NCBI GenBank assembly: GCA_963730185.1
Contig: CAVSQW010000015.1
Span: 96,001 to 160,000, forward strand
DNA length: 64,000 nucleotides
Origin: an uncultured Gemmatimonadales bacterium
GTDB taxonomy: Bacteria; Gemmatimonadota; Gemmatimonadetes; Gemmatimonadales; GWC2-71-9
Reading direction: 5' to 3'
The notes under the pieces were generated by a model. That model searched no databases, was not told the origin of the DNA, and saw only the letters and a program-made list of their open reading frames with translations. The position numbers and the translations under genes are program-made. Positions 53,590 to 63,036 of this stretch are shown piece by piece; positions within the stretch are counted from its first letter, which is position 1, and each line of letters opens with the position of its first letter.

Positions 53590-54456
53590 GTGGACCTCAA
53601 ACACATGCTGGTGGCAACCGATGACTCGCCGGGCGGGCGGCACGCCGTCCGGACCGCGCGCGCCTTGGCGAGCGCGCTGCACGCGACCCTGGCGATCCTG
53701 ACCGTGGAGTCGGTCCGGCCGGAGGGGCCGCTGCCGGCCGGACGTCTGGTGTCGACCCGAGTGAAGGACGGGCCGCCGGTGGACGACTTGGGCAGGTTTT
53801 CGAGCTGGCTCGGGAGCGATGCCGCCACCGACGGGCTGCCCGAGCCGCCCGAGTTGGCGGTCGGGTTCGGGATCGCGGGGATCGAGATTGGGCGGTTCGC
53901 GACGCTCCGAGCGGCCGATCTGATCGTGCTCGGGCGCCGCCCTCGCGCCCCCGACCGCCGTCTCGTCTTGGGCGCGACGGCCGACGGGTTGGTTCGGCGC
54001 TCGGCTACGCCGATCCTCTTCGTTCCCCCCGAAGTCACTACGCTGCGCTCGGTGCTGCTCGCGTTGGATCCGACGGAGCGGAGCGCCCGGGTGGCGCGGG
54101 TCGGGCTCGACTTCGCGCGGACGGTGGGAGCCACGGTGGTGGAGGCCGTGACGGTCCGGCCGAGCGGGACCGGGGAGCCCAGCGCGCCGTCGGTCCTGCC
54201 GGGGCGCCGGCCGGTGCGGATCGATCAAGTGCTGCATCGGGCGGCGGCGGCGATGATCGAGCTCGGTCCGATCCCGCTCACCATCCGGCAGGGTGATCCA
54301 ATCGAAGAGGTGCTCGCGGAGGCGGCGTCCAGCGGGGCGGACGTCCTGGTGATCGGCTATCGGCGGGGTGGTCCGCCCAAATACGTGAGCCCGACGGAGA
54401 TCGCCCGGAACCTCCTGTACGCGGCGCCCTGTGCCGTGTTGACCGTCCCGCTCTAG
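53590..54456 (+). CDS. Tandem-domain universal stress protein
   Basis: LVATDDS, ADLIVLG..LGATADGLVRRSATPILFVP, ADVLVIG..APCAVLTVP; GTG 53590 chosen because ATG 53539 lies inside the predicted promoter. Confidence 0.88.
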   Translation: MDLKHMLVATDDSPGGRHAVRTARALASALHATLAILTVESVRPEGPLPAGRLVSTRVKDGPPVDDLGRFSSWLGSDAATDGLPEPPELAVGFGIAGIEIGRFATLRAADLIVLGRRPRAPDRRLVLGATADGLVRRSATPILFVPPEVTTLRSVLLALDPTERSARVARVGLDFARTVGATVVEAVTVRPSGTGEPSAPSVLPGRRPVRIDQVLHRAAAAMIELGPIPLTIRQGDPIEEVLAEAASSGADVLVIGYRRGGPPKYVSPTEIARNLLYAAPCAVLTVPL

Positions 54457-55361
54457 TCGCGGGCCGCGCGGATCGCCGCCCAGCGGCGCAGGAGAACTGC
54501 CCGCCGGCGGGCCAGGTGGCGGGCCACCAGACCGCGGTGCGGCTCGAGCAGTCCCGGCTCGCCGCTTCTTACCTTCCGTTCCACACTGGCCAGGTCATGG
54601 AGCCCCCCGAGCACGTCCTGGATCCCGGCGGAGCCGCGCCAGGCTGGCGTCGGGCTCGCGGTCGACGGGGCGGGTCAGGATCTCCACCCGGTAGCGGAGC
54701 CCCTTGATCGCCTTGCGAAGGTCGTGCAGGCATCCGTCGTCGTCGGCGGCGGTCGGCCGGCCGCCCCGGGTGGGGCGGGTCCAGGCCTCGTGCCGGGTTA
54801 CCCGGTCGCGCGCCGGGTCGAGCAGGAGGTCGGCCGCATCGCGGACCGGTCGATAGGCGAAGGGAAAGAAGCGGGGCGAGCGGACCCAGCGCCGGAGCGA
54901 TCGCTGGGTCCGCTGCAGGTCGGGATGGGCCAGCGTGTCGCGGACCCGTCGCCGGGCGGCCCGCCGCTGGGCCCTGAGCCGGCGGATCGCGTGCTGCAGG
55001 AGATCGCCCTGGACGCCCTTGGCGACCGGGACCAGGTCCTCGAGCGTCTCGAGCACCACGTCGAGGTCGCGGAGCCGGCCCAGCGATCGGCCCAGAGCCG
55101 GGCCAGCCGGGCCGTGTCGATCGGGGCGGGGAGGTCGAGGGCCTCGTGCCCGAGCGTCAAGGCGGCCCGGAGCCGCCGGAGCGCCACCCGGAGCTGGTGG
55201 AGGTCCTCGGGATCGGAGCCCAGGCGGACCAAGCGGGCATGGCGGCGGAAGCGGCGGGTCTGTTCCGCCACCGCCAGCCAGAGGGTCGCCCCCACGCTGC
55301 CGGGGGCCGTCGGGAGGGACGCTCGTTCCGGGAGCGGGAGGAGGGCGTCGATCGCGGTCAT
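54453..55361 (-). CDS. CHAD domain (polyphosphate-binding) protein; two frameshifts near 55088 and 54625
   Basis: DPEDLHQLRVALRRLRAAL / LGRLRDLDV..LHDLRKAIKGLRY / IQDVLGGLHD recovered across three frames. Confidence 0.8.
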
Positions 55362-55410
55362 GGCTGATGATACCGCCGGCTGGGCTGAGCGGAAGGCCGT
55401 CTGAACCGGA

Positions 55411-55455
55411 CTTCACGCCCCGCTCACCGCTCGCTCAGGCCGCTGGATCTACCCT
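55411..55455 (+). promoter_or_regulatory. Island promoter upstream of the DUF2892-acg-mgtC operon
   Basis: CTTCAC-N5-GCTCAC-N5-GCTCAG-N11-TACCCT. Confidence 0.62.
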
Positions 55456-55494
55456 ATCATGGCCGGGCTCGGGCTCGGGCCCGAAGGAGGTACC

Positions 55495-55704
55495 ATGACG
55501 CGCAATGTGGGAGGCCTGGATCGGGCGATTCGCCTGCTGCTCGGTGTGCTCCTGCTGGGGCTCTACGGTGCCCTGGATCCGCCCTGGAAGTTCGTGACCC
55601 TGCTGGGGTTGATTCCCCTTGGCACTGCCCTGACCGGAATGTGCCCCCTCTATTCGATGCTCGGGATCTCGACCCGTCGGTCGGGGCCGGGCGGGGCTCG
55701 ATGA
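55495..55704 (+). CDS. DUF2892/YgaP-like membrane protein
   Basis: MTRNVGGLDRAIR..TALTGMCPLYSMLGIST; AAGGAGG RBS. Confidence 0.92.
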   Translation: MTRNVGGLDRAIRLLLGVLLLGLYGALDPPWKFVTLLGLIPLGTALTGMCPLYSMLGISTRRSGPGGAR

Positions 55705-55719
55705 GCCACGGAGGCCCTC

Positions 55720-56748
55720 ATGGCCGACCTCTGGCTGGAACCGTTCGAAGAGGCCATCGCCGAGTTTCCGGTCACCGGCACGCCGAGCGAGAAGTTCTCG
55801 GCGGCGCTCCAGATCGCCTCGCGGGCTCCCTCGGTTCATAACACGCAACCCTGGTGGGCCCGAGTCCGGAGCGGCCGGCTCGAAGTCCATGCCGATGGAC
55901 GCCGCCAGCTCCTGGTGGCCGATCCCGACGGCCGGGAGATGCTGGCCAGCTGCGGTGCCCTGGTGGAGCACCTCTGGGTGGCCCTCCGGCGCTTCGGCCA
56001 CGACGCCCAGATCGAGATGCTGCCGGAAGGGCCGGGCAGCCTCCTGGTGGCCCGGATCGATCTCGGTGATCTGCATCGGGTCGATCCCAGCGATCGGCAT
56101 CTGTTCGAGGCCATCGGCGGGCGGGTCACCAACCGGCGGCCCTTCCAGCGGCGGGCGGTTCCCGAGCTGGCGCTGGAGCGGGCGTCGCGACGTGCCATTC
56201 AGCGGCGGGCCCGGCTCGGGGTGCTTCGCGACGCGGCGGAGCGATCGGTGCTGGCCGGGTTGGTAACCGAGGCGGACCGCCGGCAGATGGCCAGTCGCGA
56301 GTTCCGTCAGGAGTTGGCGAGCTGGCTCCGCCCGACCGGCAGTCGACGGCTTGACGGGATTCCCGCGCAAGCCGGCAAGGCCCCGGCCGCCATCCGACCG
56401 CTCGCCCCACTGTTGGTTCGCACCTTCGACCTGGGCGACGGGGTGGCCGCCTACGACCGGCGGCTGGCGACCGGCAGTCCGGTGCTCGCCGTGCTCTGGA
56501 CCCCCAGCGATTCCCGGGCCGCCTGGGTGGACGCCGGCCGCGCCCTGGCGCGGGTGCTGCTCTCGCTCACCGCCGACGGGATCTCGGTCTCGTTCCTCAA
56601 CCAACCGATCGAGGACCGGGAGCTCCGGCTGGAGTTGGCCCAGGCCATCGGCCCCCACGAGTTTCCCCAAATGGTGCTCCGGGCCGGCTACGGTCCAGAG
56701 CTCCCCTTGACTCCGAGGCGCCCGCTCAAGTCGATCCTCCGACCCTGA
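55720..56748 (+). CDS. Acg family FMN-binding nitroreductase-like protein
   Basis: RAPSVHNTQPW, DPDGREMLASCGA, RVTNRRPF, AWVDAGRALARVLL, NQPIE, PQMVLRAGY. Confidence 0.92.
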   Translation: MADLWLEPFEEAIAEFPVTGTPSEKFSAALQIASRAPSVHNTQPWWARVRSGRLEVHADGRRQLLVADPDGREMLASCGALVEHLWVALRRFGHDAQIEMLPEGPGSLLVARIDLGDLHRVDPSDRHLFEAIGGRVTNRRPFQRRAVPELALERASRRAIQRRARLGVLRDAAERSVLAGLVTEADRRQMASREFRQELASWLRPTGSRRLDGIPAQAGKAPAAIRPLAPLLVRTFDLGDGVAAYDRRLATGSPVLAVLWTPSDSRAAWVDAGRALARVLLSLTADGISVSFLNQPIEDRELRLELAQAIGPHEFPQMVLRAGYGPELPLTPRRPLKSILRP

Positions 56749-56755
56749 CCCGGCC

Positions 56756-58015
56756 GTGGACATCCTGACGTTGGTGCGGAACCTGGCCGTGGCCGGTCTG
56801 GTGGGGCTCGCGGTCGGAATCGAGCGGGAATGGTCCGGCCACGCCACCGGGCCCAACGCCCGGTTCGCCGGGATCCGGACTTTCCTGCTCCTCGGGCTGA
56901 CCGGTGGCGTCGCCGGGCTGCTCGCCGGGACGGAGGGGCGAGCGCTGGCGGTGGTGCTCCTTGCCATCGCGGGCGCGCTGATCGTCGCCGCCTACGTGCT
57001 CGCGGCCCGGCGGGTCCCCGAAGCGATCGACGGCACCACCGAGGCCGCCGCGATCTTGGTACTGGGCGTCGGGGTCCTGGCGGGGCTCGGGTCGATCCGG
57101 ATCGCGAGCGGGGTCGCGGCCGTGATGGTCCTGGCGCTGAGCGAGAAGGACGCGCTCCGGCGCTTCATCGAGCGGGTCGACGCGGCCGAGCTTCGAGGGG
57201 CGTTTCAGTTCGCGGTGCTGGCGTTGGTGGTCCTGCCGCTCCTGCCCGAGGGACCGTACGGGCCGGCCGGCGCGATCCGCCCGCGGATGCTCTGGATGGT
57301 GGTCCTCCTGATCTCCGGGGTGAACTACCTTGGGTATCTCGCCCGACGGCTGGTGGGTGAGGCCCGGGGTTACGTCATCGCCGGGGGTCTGGGCGGGATG
57401 ATCTCCTCGACGGCGGTGACCTTGGCCTTTGCCCGGGCCAGTCGGAGGGAGCCGGAGCACGCCCGAGCCTTGGGGCAGGGCACCATCGCTGCGTCGGTCG
57501 TCCTGGTGCCGCGGGTGCTGGCCGTGGCTCTGGCGCTCAACCCCGGGTTTGTCCCGAAGGCGGCGCTGGCCCTGGCTCCGATCCTCCTGGTCGGGGTGAT
57601 CTCCCTCGCCCTCGGCCATCGGTCGGCCGGTGGCGGCGGTGGGAATTCGGTCCCGGCGTCGCGCAATCCGCTCGAGCTCGGCCAAGCGATCCGGATGGCG
57701 ATCCTCTTCCAGGTGGTCCTGACCGGAGTCGAGTTGGCCCGGGCCCGGTTCGGCGATCCCGGGGTGCTGGCTGGGGCGGCCGTCGCCGGACTCACCGACG
57801 TGGACGCCCTGACCCTTACCATGAGCCGGGTGGCCCAGCGCGTCGACCTCGTCACCCTCGCTGCCCAGGCGCTGGCGATCGGCGTCGTCGCCAACGCGGT
57901 GCTCAAGTCGATCGCGGCGATGGTCCTCGGGCACCCGGACTTCCGGCGCCGAGCGGTGCCCGGCCTGCTGGGCATGGCGGTGGTGGGCGTGGCGACGGTA
58001 CTCTGGCTCGGGTGA
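56756..58015 (+). CDS. MgtC/SapB plus DUF4010 membrane protein
   Basis: GLAVGIEREW, AGIRTF, GTTEAAA, LGGMISSTAVT, AGLTDVDA. Confidence 0.92.
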   Translation: MDILTLVRNLAVAGLVGLAVGIEREWSGHATGPNARFAGIRTFLLLGLTGGVAGLLAGTEGRALAVVLLAIAGALIVAAYVLAARRVPEAIDGTTEAAAILVLGVGVLAGLGSIRIASGVAAVMVLALSEKDALRRFIERVDAAELRGAFQFAVLALVVLPLLPEGPYGPAGAIRPRMLWMVVLLISGVNYLGYLARRLVGEARGYVIAGGLGGMISSTAVTLAFARASRREPEHARALGQGTIAASVVLVPRVLAVALALNPGFVPKAALALAPILLVGVISLALGHRSAGGGGGNSVPASRNPLELGQAIRMAILFQVVLTGVELARARFGDPGVLAGAAVAGLTDVDALTLTMSRVAQRVDLVTLAAQALAIGVVANAVLKSIAAMVLGHPDFRRRAVPGLLGMAVVGVATVLWLG

Positions 58016-58036
58016 CGGCGGTGACCCGTGTGGCCG

Positions 58037-58081
58037 TTTCGGGAGACTTTCACGTCTCCTTCAGGCGCGAGCGGGCATCTT
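58037..58081 (+). promoter_or_regulatory. Island promoter upstream of USP2
   Basis: TTTCGG-N5-TTTCAC-N5-CTTCAG-N11-CATCTT. Confidence 0.65.
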
Positions 58082-58132
58082 CCGAGTGTGAAGGATTCCT
58101 TGGAGTAACGATCCGAGAAGGAGGGTCAAACC

Positions 58133-59056
58133 GTGTTGCGAACCATCGTAGTGCCCCTCGACGGGTCGCGTTTCGCCGAGACGGCGGTGGCGCCGGCGGC
58201 CGAGTTGGCCAGGAAGGCCGGGGCGCGCCTCCACCTCGTGATGGTCCACGAGCCCATCTTGGCCCTGGTCCCGGCGGCGGACGTGCCGGCGCCGGCGGCG
58301 CCCGACGACGTCGAGCTGCGCCAGCAGGAGCAGGCCTATCTCACCGAAACCGCCGAGCGGCTCGGCACCGTCGGCTCGGGCCCGGTCAAGCTGGAGCTGG
58401 TGGACGGCATGGCCGGCCCGGCCCTGACCGACTACGTCGCCAAGGTGCGTCCCGATCTGGTCATCATGTCGACCCATGGCCGGGGTCCGCTGAGTCGCTT
58501 CTGGCTGGGGAGCGTGGCCGATCATCTGATCCGTCACGCTTCGGTGCCGCTGCTGCTGTTGCGGCCCAAGGACGGCGAGAAGGCCCAGCCCGAGGTGCTC
58601 GAGCTCCGCTCGGCGCTGGTCCCGCTCGATCTCTCGGACGAGGCCGAGACGGTGGTGCCGGTGCTTCGTGACCTGATCCGGCTGACCGGCGGCGAGATCA
58701 CCCTGCTGCACGTCGTGGAGCCGATCCTGGGGATCTCGGGCGCGGTGCCGCCCTATCCGGTGGCTGTACCGGCCGATCAGCTCGAGTACTCGCGGGAGGA
58801 AGCCCAGAAGCGGCTCGAGGGCGTCGCGGTCCGGCTCCGGACCGACGGGCTCACCGTGTCGAGCCGGGTGGTGGTGGGTCTGGGGGTGGCCGGGACGGTG
58901 CTCGAGACCTTGGAACAGTCGCACCTCGACTTCGTGGCGATGTCGACCCACGGGGCGGGCGGCTTCAAGCGGCTCCTGGTCGGGAGCGTGGCGGACAAGG
59001 TGATTCGCGCGTCGTCGCACCCGGTGCTGGTCTACCGGCCGCCCGCCAAGGCCTGA
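58133..59056 (+). CDS. Tandem-domain universal stress protein
   Basis: IVVPLDGS, MSTHGRG..LGSVAD, MSTHGAGG..VGSVADKV. Confidence 0.95.
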   Translation: MLRTIVVPLDGSRFAETAVAPAAELARKAGARLHLVMVHEPILALVPAADVPAPAAPDDVELRQQEQAYLTETAERLGTVGSGPVKLELVDGMAGPALTDYVAKVRPDLVIMSTHGRGPLSRFWLGSVADHLIRHASVPLLLLRPKDGEKAQPEVLELRSALVPLDLSDEAETVVPVLRDLIRLTGGEITLLHVVEPILGISGAVPPYPVAVPADQLEYSREEAQKRLEGVAVRLRTDGLTVSSRVVVGLGVAGTVLETLEQSHLDFVAMSTHGAGGFKRLLVGSVADKVIRASSHPVLVYRPPAKA

Positions 59057-59059
59057 GCG

Positions 59060-59467
59060 TCAGCCGGCGAGCGCCGCCGCGACGGCTTCGATGCGGCGGC
59101 GCGCCTCGGCGGCGATCGGTTGAATCGCCGGATCGTCCGCGAGGCCGCCGAGTCCCATCATCGCGCCGGGGTTGCCGACCCGCACCAGGGTCCGGTCGGC
59201 TCCGGCGCTTTCCACGGTCACCGTACAGGGAAGCAAGAGCCCGACGTCGGCTCGGGCCGACAGCGCCCGGTGGGCCAACTCCGGGTTGCAGGCGCCGAGG
59301 ATGGCGTAGGGGCGGAAGTCCTGGCCGAGCTTCTCCTTGAACGTCTGCCGCACGTCGATCCGGGTCAGGATCCCGAACCCCCGGGCTTGGAGCGCATCGG
59401 TGACCCGGGTAAGGGCCTGGTCGTAAGGCTCGGCCAGCAGGGCTTCGAAGAAGAGGGGCTCGGCCAT
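59060..59467 (-). CDS. DUF302 domain protein
   Basis: GFGILTRIDV..KEKLG..YAILGACNP..VGLLLPC. Confidence 0.93.
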   Translation of the reverse strand: MAEPLFFEALLAEPYDQALTRVTDALQARGFGILTRIDVRQTFKEKLGQDFRPYAILGACNPELAHRALSARADVGLLLPCTVTVESAGADRTLVRVGNPGAMMGLGGLADDPAIQPIAAEARRRIEAVAAALAG

Positions 59468-59485
59468 GGCGAGGTCTCCGGGGGG

Positions 59486-60655
59486 CTAGCGTCCAGTGCG
59501 AAAGCGGAGCAGGGCGGCCAGGCCGTCGATCCGGCGGGCGAGTGCGGGGTCGTCGATGACCCGGACCTCGCTCCGCTGGTTGAGGGCCTCGTCGATCGCG
59601 GCGTCGATCAGGTTGGGGACGGGCTCGGGGTCGCCCTCCCCCCGGCAGTGACGAGGCGAGGCCACCAGCCGGCCGCTCGTCCCGCACCGGAAGCCGGCCG
59701 ACCCCTCTCCCTCGGGAACGACCAGCACCCGGACCTGGCCCTTGGCCAGGGCGCCGAGGGTCGCCCGAATCCCATTGCGGGCCCAGCCGGTGGGACCGCC
59801 TGCCTCCACCGCCTCGACCAGCGTCTCTTCGTCCGAGCGTTCCCAGGCGGCCTGGAGGAGCCAGGTGGCCTCGGCGACGTCGGCCGCCTCGGCGACGGTC
59901 GGGTTGAGCCGGCCGGTGCCCATCAAGCGTTCCCGGAGACCGTGGGGCAGGAAATCGAGCAGGGCCGCGGTGTGCTCCGGCGGTCCCATGATCGCGATCC
60001 CCGCCGGCCGCTCCGCTCGCGCCAACCGCGCCATCTCCTCGGCCGTCGTCGCGTAGTGCCGGTGCTTCTCCGACGCGATCCGGTTGTGGTACCGTCGCTC
60101 GCCCCATCCCGGGGCATCCCCCCGGTCCGACCGGAACCGCCCGCCCCGCCGGGTCGGCGAGGTCACCCCGGTCAGCTCCTCGGCGCCGTCGGCGGCGACC
60201 GCGAAGAAGCGGGCGTGCTGCCGGTCCAGGACCACCGTGAGGTAGCGGTCGAGCGTCTCCTGAGCGTCGAACAGCTCGAGCAGCGCGGGCCGCCGGTCGA
60301 CCGTGACCCGGTTCCGATGGACCCGCCCCAGCGGGATCACTTCGAACAGGTCGAGGCGCTCGCAGGCGAACAGGGCGACTCCGGGGAGCCCTGGGAGATG
60401 GCCCGGCTTGGCGAGCCAGTCGAGAATCCGGTCCAGGTCGCCCCGGACCTCCCGAAGCGCCTCCCGGTCGACATCGAGGGCCTCGAGTTGCTTGACCATT
60501 GCCCGGGCTCGCTGGCGGATGGCCGTCAGGTAGCGCTTGCGCTGCCGGTGCTCCACGTCGAGACGGACGTAGCATGACACGACGACCGGCTGGTCGGCGG
60601 TCATCCGATCGAGTTGCTCGAGGATCTGGTCGGTGCTGGCGACGCTGGTCCCCAT
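59486..60655 (-). CDS. Bacterial archaeo-eukaryotic release factor 1 (baeRF) homologue
   Basis: PVVVSCYV N-domain, GVALFAC, VVLDRQHARFF RNase H-like middle domain, GIRATLGALAKGQVRVLVV..GLAALLRF L7Ae-like C-domain; GGAGGA RBS favours ATG 60655. Confidence 0.85.
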   Translation of the reverse strand: MGTSVASTDQILEQLDRMTADQPVVVSCYVRLDVEHRQRKRYLTAIRQRARAMVKQLEALDVDREALREVRGDLDRILDWLAKPGHLPGLPGVALFACERLDLFEVIPLGRVHRNRVTVDRRPALLELFDAQETLDRYLTVVLDRQHARFFAVAADGAEELTGVTSPTRRGGRFRSDRGDAPGWGERRYHNRIASEKHRHYATTAEEMARLARAERPAGIAIMGPPEHTAALLDFLPHGLRERLMGTGRLNPTVAEAADVAEATWLLQAAWERSDEETLVEAVEAGGPTGWARNGIRATLGALAKGQVRVLVVPEGEGSAGFRCGTSGRLVASPRHCRGEGDPEPVPNLIDAAIDEALNQRSEVRVIDDPALARRIDGLAALLRFRTGR

Positions 60656-60686
60656 CGCGGTCCTCCTGGGCATCGAGTCCTGCGGG

Positions 60687-60731
60687 ATTTTAGGCGTGGA
60701 TGGCTGAAGTCACCGTGAAGGGCCGGTGAGC
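60687..60731 (-). promoter_or_regulatory. Island promoter upstream of baeRF-DUF302
   Basis: GCTCAC-N5-CTTCAC-N5-CTTCAG-N11-TAAAAT. Confidence 0.75.
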
Positions 60732-60759
60732 CCAGGTCCGATTCTCGACTCGCCGAACG

Positions 60760-60804
60760 CTACACGGTCGCTTCACCTCCGATTCATCGGCCTCCGGCCA
60801 GATT
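60760..60804 (+). promoter_or_regulatory. Island promoter upstream of the degenerate hydrolase
   Basis: CTACAC-N5-CTTCAC-N5-ATTCAT-N11-CAGATT. Confidence 0.62.
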
Positions 60805-60859
60805 GGCTCCCGATGCTTGGCGTCGCCAAGGGGCCGACAACCCGACGGAGGCGAACTCC

Positions 60860-61498
60860 TTGAACGTAACCCCGCTGTCCGAACCCAGTCTGGCGCGGAG
60901 CCGATCCACCGCCGGCTCGTGGTGCGTTCCCCGGCGTCCGGTCGGGGCGGTCCTGTTGTTGGCGGCCCGGTCGTCCGGGCTCGATGACGATGACGAGCCC
61001 GACCGGCTCCTGGCCGATGCCGTCTCGAACGCCGGTTTCGTCGTCCTGACGCTCGATCCCGGCGACTGGGCCGACGACGAACCGGGCGGCGTCGGCCATC
61101 GCGCCGCCGAGGTGGCCGGGTGGCTCGCCTGCCAACCGCTCGCCTGCCGGCGACCGATCGGGGTGATCGGGTGGGGGACCGAAGCGGCGGCCGCACTCCG
61201 GGCCGCCGCCGGCGCGTCGGGGTTCGTCGGGGCGGTGGCCTGTCAGGTGGCCGCCCAGGCCGAGGACACGGCGGAGGCGCTCGGCGCGGTCCGAGTCCCC
61301 ACGTTGTTGACGCTGGGCCGCGACGGGTGGGACGAGATGGGGCCCGCCCGTCTGGCGTTGGAGCGGATGGCCGCCCCGCACCGGATGGTGGTGATGCCCT
61401 CCGACGCCGGAGCCGCCTGCACGGCCGAGGCTCCGGTCGTGGGGCGGCTCCTGGCTCGGTGGTTCACCGAGCACTTGACCGCGGCCCGCCTCAGGTGA
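60860..61498 (+). CDS. Degenerate dienelactone-hydrolase-like alpha/beta fold protein
   Basis: AGFVVL, IGVIGWGTEAAAALRAAA, LGAVRVPTLL..G, WFTEHL; TTG 60860 with GGAGG RBS. Confidence 0.6.
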   Translation: MNVTPLSEPSLARSRSTAGSWCVPRRPVGAVLLLAARSSGLDDDDEPDRLLADAVSNAGFVVLTLDPGDWADDEPGGVGHRAAEVAGWLACQPLACRRPIGVIGWGTEAAAALRAAAGASGFVGAVACQVAAQAEDTAEALGAVRVPTLLTLGRDGWDEMGPARLALERMAAPHRMVVMPSDAGAACTAEAPVVGRLLARWFTEHLTAARLR

Positions 61499-61952
61499 GG
61501 CGGCCGGCCGCGTAGGCGCGGTTGATGTCGCTCCGGGAAATGATGCCCACCAAGTTTCCGTCAATCTCCACGAACAACCGATGCACGTCGGCGTAGTCCA
61601 TTTGCAGCGCGGCCTCGCGCACGTCGAGGGTCGGAGCCACCACCAGGGGCCGGGCGGTCATCACGTCGCGGACGACGGCCTCGGTCAGGAAACGGGCCCG
61701 CGCCTCCTGGTCGCCGGTCTCCGATTCGGCATCGAGGATGTCGCTGGCCGACACGACCCCGACGAGCTTGCCGTGCTGGTCGAGCACGGCGAGGCCGGTG
61801 ACGTGGCTGTCGGCGAGCCGGGCCACGGCCTCGTCGACCCGGGCCTCGTTCCGCACCGCGATCACGTCGCGGGTCATCAAATCGTTGACGGTGAGGTGTC
61901 CCGCCTTGGGCACCGGTCGGGGCTCGTGCTGCGGTTGCCTGATGGTTGCCAT
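61491..61952 (-). CDS. CBS domain pair protein
   Basis: VNDLMTRDVI..GKLVGVVSASDI and VRDVMT..LVGIISRSDI. Confidence 0.93.
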   Translation of the reverse strand: MATIRQPQHEPRPVPKAGHLTVNDLMTRDVIAVRNEARVDEAVARLADSHVTGLAVLDQHGKLVGVVSASDILDAESETGDQEARARFLTEAVVRDVMTARPLVVAPTLDVREAALQMDYADVHRLFVEIDGNLVGIISRSDINRAYAAGRLT

Positions 61953-61981
61953 GGGGTCGCCTCGGGTGGAAGGTCATTCCT

Positions 61982-62026
61982 ACACTACCGGGCGGGACCT
62001 AAAGCCACCTTGAAGGACCTCTGAAG
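61982..62026 (-). promoter_or_regulatory. Island promoter upstream of the CBS gene
   Basis: CTTCAG-N5-CTTCAA-N5-CTTTAG-N11-TAGTGT. Confidence 0.75.
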
Positions 62027-62037
62027 CGGAGGGCGCG

Positions 62038-62997
62038 ATGACCATTCCAGCGACGGGGCCGCGGCCGCCGGGCGAAAATAGGCGGGTCGGCCGGCTGCTC
62101 GGGGAGACCGCGGCTTTGCTGGAGGAACAGCAGGCCAGTCCTTTCCGCGTGGCCGCGTATCGGCGCGCGGCCGAGGTCGTGGCCGGACTGGCTCAGCCGG
62201 TGAGCGCGATTCTGAAGGCCCGGGGCCTCGACGGTCTCGAGCAGCTGCCGGCCATCGGCCCGAGCATCGCCCGCGGGATCCGCGAAATCGTGCTCGGCGG
62301 TCGGCTCCCGATGCTCGACCGACTCCGGGACGCGCGCGATCCCGTCGCCCTGCTGAGCCAGCTGCCGTTCGTCGGCCCGGTGCTCGCCGACCGGCTGCAC
62401 CACGATCTCGGAATCGATTCGCTCGAGGAGCTGGAGGTCGCGCTCCACGACGGGCGAGTCGCCGGCCTCGAGGGGTTCGGCCCCAAGCGGGTGGCCGTCC
62501 TCCGGGAGGCGGTCGCCGCGCGGCTCGGGCGGCGACCGCCCGCCGTCCCGGGTCCGCCGGGGGAGCAGCCCTCGGTGGCCGAGCTGCTCGACGTGGACCG
62601 GGAGTACCGGCTCGGCGCCGCCCACGGTACCCTGCCGCGGATCACCCCCCGCCGTTTCAACCCGAGCCGGAAGCGCTGGCTCCCGATCCTGCACACGGTC
62701 CATGGCGACCGCGACTACACCGCGCTCTTCTCGAACACCGCGCGGGCCCATCAGCTGCATCGGACCGACGACTGGGTGGTGATCTACTACGACGGGCGGG
62801 ATCGCGAGCACCAGGCGACCGTGGTGACCGAGCGGCGGGGGCCACTCCGGGGCCGGCGGGTGGTGCGGGGCCGGGACCGGGAGTGTCTCGCCCACTACGG
62901 CGCCACTCCGCCCCCTCCCACCGAGGTGGCCTGGTTCGAGGGGCTCGAGTCCGCGGTGACTCAGGAACCTACGGCGGTCGATGACTGCGAGCCGTGA
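62038..62997 (+). CDS. PolX N-terminal/helix-hairpin-helix protein lacking polymerase core
   Basis: SPFRVAAYRRAA, LPAIGPSIA, LPFVGP, LEGFGPKR HhH motifs; C-terminal PRRFNP..WLPILHT..FSNTARAH..DWVV domain. Confidence 0.85.
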   Translation: MTIPATGPRPPGENRRVGRLLGETAALLEEQQASPFRVAAYRRAAEVVAGLAQPVSAILKARGLDGLEQLPAIGPSIARGIREIVLGGRLPMLDRLRDARDPVALLSQLPFVGPVLADRLHHDLGIDSLEELEVALHDGRVAGLEGFGPKRVAVLREAVAARLGRRPPAVPGPPGEQPSVAELLDVDREYRLGAAHGTLPRITPRRFNPSRKRWLPILHTVHGDRDYTALFSNTARAHQLHRTDDWVVIYYDGRDREHQATVVTERRGPLRGRRVVRGRDRECLAHYGATPPPPTEVAWFEGLESAVTQEPTAVDDCEP

Positions 62998-63036
62998 AAC
63001 GGTCGTGAAGCCGGCGCGAGTGGAGGCGAAGCCGAT

